A DNA stretch of 64,000 nucleotides from Amoebophrya sp. A120 (taxonomy: Eukaryota > Protista > Dinoflagellata): assembly GCA_905178155.1 (NCBI GenBank), contig CAJINV010000009.1, positions 2,891,373-2,955,372 of the forward strand, read 5' to 3'. Position 1 is the first letter of the stretch. Every line of letters begins with the position of its first letter. A program made the position numbers and the translations under genes. Of the stretch, positions 56,001-64,000 are shown piece after piece. Under the pieces are notes generated by a model. That model saw only the letters and a list, made by a program, of their open reading frames with translations. It was not told the DNA's origin and ran no database searches.

Positions 56001-59000
56001 ATCAAAACGAAGCTTCTGACGCTGGATTTCCCGTACACAAATCAGAGCTGTCTTGCAGTACAGGATTGGAGGCATATAATGCCGTGCCTGAGTACAGAGC
56101 CTCTAACGTGGACGCTTAGCGTCACAAATGTATATGCTGTAGCCCAAGCAGCATCACAAACCGTTCGCATAATGCGGCGGAGACTGTAGAGTTGCCTTCT
56201 TACAAGACAAATGGAGCTGTGATTTAATCAGCAACGCAAATTTTCGGAGACATACCTTTTCAATATGGGGAGGGGGGATTTTTCCTTTCAATACGTCGCG
56301 AGCCTTTCTCTGCGGACCCCGAACGCGGTGTTGGCCATCCACATAGCGTAGCGGTGCTGCAGCTTGTCCAGCCATTTCAGCAGCTTTTTCTTCCCGCTCA
56401 GCGTATCATCGTCAAACCCGGTGGGCAAATTCGGATAGTTTTGGTTGATAATTCGGTAGGTCAGGTCGCCATGAAGCGAAACCTCCCCGCCAAAAATTTC
56501 CAGAACCGGGGGATCCATATCCTGTGCAAAAGTATCGCACTCGTAGTAATCGCAAGCATGCATTACAAATCTCCTTTCCAAGGTAAAACAGCACGACAAA
56601 TTTCATTTCTCATGCTGAGCAAATTTGTCATGCGATTCATACTTACTAGTTAGTACGATACTTTTGCATTGCATAATCCAGATAGTTCGGCAGCTCTCGG
56701 TAGACCGCGGCCGGTTCTTGATGAAAATGTTGTCCTGGTGCCGAAGAAGAGGAGGACGCAGGTAAAGAAGAGCCTGCAGCTCCCCGTGCAGGTCCCGCCG
56801 CCTGACTACCTTGCGCGGCTTGCCCGCCTGTTTGTGCTTGTGCCATCCTAGCCGGTGAATTATCCTCCTCGCTGGAGAGGCTGAAGAAAGAACTTGCGGT
56901 CCACTTCTTTCCGTTTTTTTCTGCATACTGCGCCTCCAATTCGCGCAGCAGTTGCTTGCGTTCCTCTTTCGTCATGGGAATCCCACAGAAATAAAACTGT
57001 GTTAGTGTAGGCGTCTTCTTGGGGTGACAGCATGACAAATCCACACTGCATAACAGAGAAAGCCTGTCATGCACATCTAGCACGCGATGTGGAAAACCAA
57101 AACACATATGAATAAAACTTCATAGCTGGCTAGCATGACAAGCGTAACTGTGTTGCAGGCTTTGCATCACAGAGTTACACTATACACAGCCTTTTTCTTG
57201 CATAATTGGGTCGGAGGAATCGTTTGAAGAGCTGTCCTCGTCGGACTGGTCGCTATTTTCGTCCCCTGTTTCCTCCAGATCCTTCTTCTTCAAGAACACC
57301 GGCACCCGTTCCCACACCCCCGCGAACCAGAGCTGCTGTGCGGTCACTGGGAACAGGGAGTCCAGGTCGTCGATCACCTGATAGGTCGGTTCCTCCACAG
57401 ATTGCAGGACGGACGCCTCCCGCAAAACAGCCTGCATTACCTCCCCGGGGTCGAGATTCATGGTGCGCTGCTGTTGCTGCGCCGCCGCGGGGGTTCCGGA
57501 AATGGGGAACAGCACGTCGCTAATGTCCTTGGTCGACGCGATCCGCATCACCTTTGCGTACTGTTCCACTCTGCCTGGCCGGAAAATCTTATGCATTGCA
57601 ATTGTGTCTGGGATCTTGTGATGCCAGTCTGCGAGTGGTGGGCGCACTGCAATTCGCAGCCACGCATGACAACATTTTGCGCCGTTATGTGTTTCGCTTT
57701 TGGCATGGCAAACTGCATTTTTGCATGACAGACAGGCAAGCGCAAGAAGCTCTTATTTTGCCTCTCATCCATTACAGATTTGACTTTGAGAGCCATGTGA
57801 GACAAGCATGACAAACTTGCGCTCTCCCAGACCCAGACATATTTGCAGTGGATAAATCTTGTGCGCGATCGAGTCGTGGTTTTCCTGGCCGTTGTTGAGC
57901 CGCTCCAGCATCGAGTAAAACGAGTCTTGCAGCTCTGCAAAGACGTGCTCCGGGCGGGTTAAGATCATGTGCTCGCGCCGGATGTCGGATTTTCGTCGTA
58001 GCTGCAACCGCTCGTTGTCCGGTCCGAGCAAATTGTTCCGCGAATTTACGCGGGCGGCTCTGTCACCGTTGTTATTCGCCTGCGGATCATTATTTCGGCG
58101 GAAGTTCGCCACCTGGTTCTCGACCGCAACCAGGGGCTGGTAGCAGTCGTTTTCTAAAACGAGAAAGCTGGCGGTACTGATGCAAGATTTATCCGTCATG
58201 GTGGGCTGCAGCAGAGATAACTGCGGCAACCCGTTGTGCAGCTTTTTCTTTTTCAAATTGCTCATTGACTCCACCGCCTGTAGCTCCCGCATTTGCCTCG
58301 GCGTCACTTTCGCGAACTTTTTCCGTTTGTCGTTGCCCCGGAATTCTTCGTAGTCTTCGCATTTCTTCGGCTATCCAAGAAAAAAAATGTGTAAGTGTAA
58401 CTTCGTAGGAAGAACAGCATCACAAATTCGTTTTGCAGTGCAGGGAAAACCTGCCATGCCCAGCTGGTACGTTAAAAAACGTATGAAAGTTGCCTATGAC
58501 GCACATCCAGCATTTTTCCAAGCGTATACAGTTTTGCATTTCCAGCATCACAGACTTACACTTACACAGTTTTTTTCTTGCGTATCGGAATTTTCAGGTA
58601 CTTGATCGCCTCCCCGGGGTTATCCCGTGTAAAAACGTCCTCGCCCCATAGCTGTCATGCAATTCTGCATGCCAAAAAAGTTTCTCATGCGGAGACCTAT
58701 GAGACGCCTTTTGTATTCGTGTTCTGGAATTTGTGATGCTATAATCAGCACGCTAGGCGAGATCTGTGATGCTTCTGAACTAGCTGAGCAGGATTACACT
58801 ATAAGGACAAATTTGTCATGCGAAGAAGCCAAAGCTGCATGATTTGTCTAGCAGATTTCCCATCTTGACTCTGGTGTGGGGACATTTTTACTCAGGATAG
58901 GGGTGAAGCTGCAGAATCGCCGACCAGATATTCATGGGCGCCTTATCAAATGCAAATATGTTTGGGTCTGGAAGATTGCCAGGTTTGTCATGCATATTTT

Positions 59001-62000
59001 GCATGACCAATGACGCCTGTAATGCATGCCCTAGCATCCCGGATTTTTAGAAGGCTTCCCGATGCTTATTCCGCATGAGAAACGCCTTCCCCTTGTAGCA
59101 CAAACTGGACTCTTTTTGCTAGTCATGCAATACAGATTTTTTTGGAATCCAAAGACAGCATCACAACTTACCACCTTCCACACCCAGACATTTTTGCACT
59201 TGATACACCTCGTCCGCATCAAATTCGTCTGGGATGAGGTCCTCTGGCTTGACAATGGTACTCTGTTCCAGCCCGCTGGCAGAGCAACCTCCTTTCGACG
59301 AGCCGCTCTGCTTATCAAATGCAAAAATGTCTGGGTCTGGAAGATTTTTAGATTTGTCATGCATATTTTCCATGATCCATGTCGTCTGGAATGCAGGGCC
59401 TAGCATGACAGACTCTGCCAGATCCCTATCATTCCTATCCTGCATGAGAAACTGCCTCGCGATTAGGTCAAAAGTGGACAGCTTTTGGCAATCACGCAAC
59501 ACAGATTCTTACATGATTCAGATTTAGCATGACAAGTTGCTTTGTTTCAGACCCAGACATTTTTGCATTTGATACTGCTGCAGCTGCTCCTGGTACTGGC
59601 AGTTTTCCGAGACTGCTCCTAGTGGATGGGTCGTCGCCGTCTCATATCCTATGGAAAAACGCCCCCACGCTAGGGTTAAGATGGGGATCTCGCAACACAA
59701 GTCACGACGTTTTTGGAGTCACGCATGACAAGCTCCTCTCTGTGGTGTATGGCAATGGAATGCGGGTTAAGTAGCAAGAACAGGCGCATTACAAATCCCG
59801 ATGCTCATCCTGTTTAAAGCATCACAAATACCAAAACACGACCGAAAATGTACATGTATATGTAATGCTTATGCTTGGTATGGGGATGCGCATGACAAGT
59901 TTTTCTTTTTATTTTCTGTTATTGCAAATCTACATGACAACTATCTGGTGGGGACGGAGTTTTTACACAGGATATCTCACTGCCTTCAGACATCCAAAAA
60001 TGGGGGTCGCGCAGCAGCAATCTATTCGCGGAGCTCCCGTGCGACGGGCGGGAGGAGGATCTATTGGACCCATGCGAAAGACGGTTGGTGCCGGGATTGC
60101 TACAGAAGGAGCTTGCACCGCCGGTGGTGGCAAAGAGCGCACTCATCGCGGAATTCGTGCGGGGAATGGTGGCCGTCTATTCTGAGTAAAAACGTCCACA
60201 CCCCAGAGCTGTCATGCAAATCTGCGTGCCAAAAAAGTTTCTCATGCGGAGCCCCATGGGAAGGTTTTATTTTCTAGGGACGTTTTGGAGTTTGTGATGC
60301 TACAATCAGCATGAAATGCTAGAACTGTGATGCTGCTAATCTAGCTAAACAGGATCACGCAATGAGGGCAAGCTTGTCATGGGAAACAACCAAAGCTGGT
60401 TGATTTGTCTAGCAGATTGGCCATCTTGACTCTGGTGTGGGGACGTTTTTGCTCAGGATACCGTCTCTGCTGATGAACTCATTGTCATCGGGAAACAAAG
60501 CCTGCTGCCCTTCCTGCTGCCCGCTGGTGTCACTGCTCGCATACATAGCATAGGAATCTCGCTCGGACATGTCGCCCGACGCGGCTTTCGCCACGTGGTT
60601 TTGGTACTGGAGGTCCGCCTGCGCTTGTTGCACATGGTTCAGCAAGTTGCGCTCCGCGACCTTTTGTGCTTTCACATTCAGCCTTCCCGGGTCGCCGTTG
60701 TATTCGTGTATCTGTGGGTATCCTGAGTAAAAACGTCCCCGCCCCAGAGTTGTCATCCAGATTTGCAGTCACAGGAAGATTTGTAATGTGCATCCCCATG
60801 AGAGGCATTTCCAATCCATCGTGTTTTGTGCTTTGTAATGCTGTAAACAGGATGACTAGATGGATTTGTGTTGCGGCTGTACTTGCAGCTAAACTGCCCT
60901 ACAATACAGAGAGGAACCTGCCATGCTTGACTCCCAAAACTTCTCGATTTGTGTTGCGATTTCCCCTTGACTCTGGGGCGTTTTATGTACTGGAAAAGAC
61001 CAAAATTAAAGCACGGAGGCCAAAATTAAAGCACTTGACTCTGGGGTGGGAGCGTTTTTGATCAGGATAGTGGGTCGTCGTTCTTGTTCCCCTGATGCTC
61101 GAGCAACTGCGAGTTGGCGCACATCTCCTGGAGTTCCTCCTGCGACAGGTGTTCGGCGCGGGTATCAAGTGCAAATATGTATGGGTCTGAAAATTTGTGA
61201 TGCTAAAATGTGCATGATGAAAACACTTCCTCATGCAGAAAAGCAGGACAAGTCTGCAAAACGCGTTATCAACATACAAACTCCGCATGAGAAACTGCGT
61301 TTTTGTATGACATGAGAGGCTGCCACTTTTGTTGGTCATGCAATACAGATTTCACAGGAATGCAAGACCAGCATTACCAGTTCCAACTTTCCAGACCCAG
61401 ACATATTTGCATTTGATAGCGAGCTTGTTCCAATAACGTATCCGGGTCCTCGGAGAGGTAAACACCAGCGCGCCGTTGCTGGCCGTCGTAGCGATGAGGA
61501 TGATGATCCACCTTCGCAGTGGAACTACTAGCACTAGCTCGTGTGCTCGTCGTCTTTTCGTCTAGCTTCTGGATGTCGCGTGCTGCCCGGGTGTTGGTCA
61601 CCTGCTGTTGCTTCCTCAAAAGGGACATCGAGGACACGGTGCTGTCCCGCGGACTGTCATGCGCACTGTAGGTCCCGACGTCGACCAAAACCTCCTGTTT
61701 TGCGGTGGGCGGCCTGATGTGCAAATCGGCAAAAGCACGCATAATCTGGTCCATCTCCGGCTCGGAAAGCTGCCTTCTACGGTCTCTCGCTTGCGATTCG
61801 GTCGTTAACTGTCGCTCCGTATCAAGTGCAATTATGTCTGGGTGTGCACGAAGCCTGCATGTTTGTCATGCTTGTCTGGCATGACTCTGAAATCTGTCAT
61901 GCACGTTACCCAAGAGCCTCATTTTTCTGCCATGCAGAAGCGCAGTTTGTCACGCAGAATAGGCAACACCTAGAAGCTCAGAAACTTGTCATGCTGAGCC

Positions 62001-64000
62001 AGCACTTGTGGCCTCCTCATGATACGCCACCCAGCATCACAAGTTTATTCCAGATCCAGACATATTTGCAATGCATACTCCGGGCGGACAAACTCCCCGA
62101 TGTACTCGTCCATGTGCATTTCGTATCCAACAAAAAAACGTTGTTAGTGTAAACTTGTGATGCGCAACATGCAAATTGATTGCGCCTGTTATGCTGTGTC
62201 TGCATAGTAGGGTTCATTCAAGGGCGTTTTCGCGTACTAACTGCGCATGACAGGTTTTTGCTGTCATGCGAGAGATATTTGTCATGCTAATCCTCCAAGA
62301 AAGTTACATCTACAATCTTTTTTTCGTGGATATTTCGGGTAGCATCTCCAGCTCTCTGGAGCTATCCACAATAAGTCTCCCGTACAACACGTACAATTTC
62401 AATGAGTATACAAATGCGGTCTCTGCATGACAAAACTTGGCTCCGATCCTAGTTTAGCATGACAAGGGTTGCACTCCAAATTGGTGAAATTTATTGTGAT
62501 GCATCTTGTACATGTAGTACGGGTGGAAATTTGTATTGCATAGGAGCCGCGGTGCTGCAGCACATTTTGCTCCGTTAAGGGCATTTGCTTGTGTGTACCA
62601 TCTCGATCCCCCCCTGCCCCAGGAGGCGATACGAAAACGTGGTCCCCGGGAGTTGTAGAAGACGCCGCCGTGTACGGTCCGCTTTGCGCTAGATGCTCTA
62701 CATGATTCTGTTGTTTCTCGAGGAGTTGAGGACCACCAGAGGAACTGCCAGCGCTGCTACCCGCTCTGGCTGCGAGCTGCAGCAGATTGCTCACACCCAC
62801 TCCAGCCCTGGTTGTGCTCGAGCTCAACCTTGGGCTCGCCGAGGTGCTACCGCTCACTTGCCGACTGTACTCGACTTGCTTCTGCAGCTCTTCCAATCTT
62901 TGCTGCCCAAATTCTGTCGTCGAGACGTTCATCAGGTCTGTGTTGCGATGAACAATCCAAGTCGGATCAACCTGCTGCACGAGCACACACGGGTCTTCCT
63001 GTCCCGGCTGGCGGTGGTGGTTCATCCCCGACGAGCCAGAAGGTCCGCCGCACCCCGCCGCGTTCCTGGAAAAGCGGGCTTTATCCCCGTGCGGTCCACC
63101 AGCACCAGCGCCGGTTGTCTCCGCCGGGCTGTGCGCAGAGCCAGACGCGGAACTCGATGCCACCGAGCTAGACTGGATCTGGAAATTCGCACAATCGAGC
63201 CCGTTCATGTTCATGCTCATGGTGTCGAAAACGCCTGCCTGCGGCTATCAACTGTAAAAGTGTCCGGGTCTGGAACATTCTGACGCTTGTCATGCACGTT
63301 TTGCATGAGCCCGGATGTCTGTGATGCATGCCCTAGCATCACAGATTTTTTCAGAGCTTCTTGATGCCTATGCCGAGTGACAAATGCCCTCTCCGCGTAG
63401 CAAAAGTTACACTCCTTTTGGTACTCATGCAGTACAGATTTTTCTGGAATCCAAATGCAGCATGACAAGTTCGCACTCTTCCAGACCCAGACATTTTTAC
63501 ATTTGATAGCGGCCCACCCTGCGCAAGTAGCTGCCCGTTCCAAAGCCAGTCCTGGTTCGGTCTGCTCGTCCCCTGGCCGCCGGCGCCCCCACTCTGGCAG
63601 CTCATGCCCCTCGACGGCCCGCTAGTACTCATTTTTGCACTGACCGCCTCGGCGGAAATGAGAGAAGAGCTCACCTGCGAGAGCGTGCAGACACTCCCAG
63701 GGTCGCGTGTCGGGGCTTGGTCCGTTATGCATTGCAAATATGTCTGGGTCTGGAAGAGTCGGGGTTTGCCATGCACATTTTGCATGACCAGTGTTGTCTC
63801 TGATGCTGATGCTAGCATCACAGATTTTTTGAGAGCTTCTTGATGCTGATTACGCATGAGAAATGCCCTCTCCGCGTGCCAAAAACTGCACTCCTCTTGC
63901 TGTTCATGCAACACAGATGTTTTCAGAATCCGCAGACAACATTACAAGTTCCACTCTTCCAGACCCCGACATATTTGCACCTGTTATCCGTCGTAGTCGT
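53019..64000 (-). CDS. Gene 3 (starts beyond right edge): large hypothetical protein split by 21 introners
   Basis: Junction phases are consistent after element+5 nt removal, except for a 1-nt discrepancy near 60161-60177. Last exon ...TVGFRIFGDRVIG...RSCILRE* ends at 53019. No family recognised. Confidence 0.75.
53653..54007. mobile_element. Introner family E with internal (CAT)n expansion
   Basis: TSD caacg/caacc. Confidence 0.85.
54487..54803. mobile_element. Introner family J
   Basis: TIR TATTACAATGAAAAATGCCCCCAC; TSD catcc. Confidence 0.92.
55090..55367. mobile_element. Introner family E
   Basis: TSD tttcc. Confidence 0.92.
55460..55613. mobile_element. Introner family I
   Basis: TIR TATCA....AAAAAGTGTTAACGTTAA; TSD gacgg/aaagg. 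Confidence 0.85.
55972..56293. mobile_element. Introner family D
   Basis: Left end CAT variant; TSD cgtcg. Confidence 0.87.
56518..56675. mobile_element. Introner family B
   Basis: TSD atcca. Confidence 0.9.
56979..57204. mobile_element. Introner family C
   Basis: TSD atggg/attgg. Confidence 0.82.
57590..57854. mobile_element. Introner family A
   Basis: TSD aatct. Confidence 0.88.
58372..58584. mobile_element. Introner family C
   Basis: TSD tcggc/tcgga. Confidence 0.88.
58621..58899. mobile_element. Introner family E
   Basis: TSD ggggt. Confidence 0.92.
58944..59205. mobile_element. Introner family A
   Basis: TSD cgcct/cacct. Confidence 0.9.
59313..59574. mobile_element. Introner family A
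   Basis: TSD ctgct. Confidence 0.92.
59645..59974. mobile_element. Introner family E
   Basis: TSD tctca. Confidence 0.88.
60178..60460. mobile_element. Introner family E
   Basis: TSD ccgtc. Confidence 0.9.
60719..61069. mobile_element. Introner family E with internal duplication near right end
   Basis: TSD gtggg; CTTGACTCTGGGG and CCAAAATTAAAGCAC each occur twice. Confidence 0.87.
61163..61418. mobile_element. Introner family A
   Basis: TSD gcggg/gcgag. Confidence 0.9.
61820..62077. mobile_element. Introner family A
   Basis: TSD ctccg. Confidence 0.88.
62124..62332. mobile_element. Introner family C (diverged)
   Basis: TSD tttcg. Confidence 0.85.
62363..62542. mobile_element. Introner family L
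   Basis: TATCCACAATAAG..CCCGTAC / GTACGGG..TTTGTATTGCATA; TSD ggagc. Confidence 0.83.
63246..63508. mobile_element. Introner family A
   Basis: TSD gcggc. Confidence 0.92.
63726..63986. mobile_element. Introner family A
   Basis: TSD tccgt. Confidence 0.88.

Noticed and set aside
579-63914. Many short ORFs sharing motifs such as KMSGSG, PDPDIFAFD, FQTQTF, CKNVWVWK and KNPPSPY, resembling a repeated protein family
   Set aside because: They are six-frame translations of introner TIRs, occur in all frames and both strands, and show no consistent start or stop.
1-64000. rRNA, tRNA or snRNA genes and an autonomous transposon
   Set aside because: None recognisable by eye; covariance-model and HMM searches would be needed to exclude them.

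Overview
This is eukaryotic, protist-like DNA. It holds about 106 non-coding elements, mostly 130-480 bp, each bounded by terminal inverted repeats (TIRs; usually TAT-N7-AAAA...TTTT-N7-ATA) and flanked by 5-bp direct repeats (target-site duplications, TSDs). They fall into at least 12 TIR families, labelled A-L here. Removing each element plus one TSD copy by hand restores continuous minus-strand reading frames, so they behave as non-GT-AG introns (introners). This yields three co-oriented minus-strand genes: a partial gene at <1-2128 (4 introns); a giant gene at 5110-47489 (73 introner introns plus 1 GT-AG intron, 14,241 nt CDS, ~4,746 aa); and a partial gene at 53019->64000 (21 introns, one 1-nt frame discrepancy). 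Four GC-rich, repeat-filled Helitron-like insertions all lie inside introners. All TIR families share an internal GCAWBACA/TGTVWTGC motif, often as an inverted pair with a 7-bp spacer. From memory, this architecture matches introner elements described for the parasitic dinoflagellate Amoebophrya (A120 type); the taxon is an inference. I recognised no transposase, rRNA, tRNA or CRISPR array. Most ORFs in the supplied track are artefactual translations of the repeats. Coordinates were read by hand and may be off by 1-2 bp in degenerate elements.
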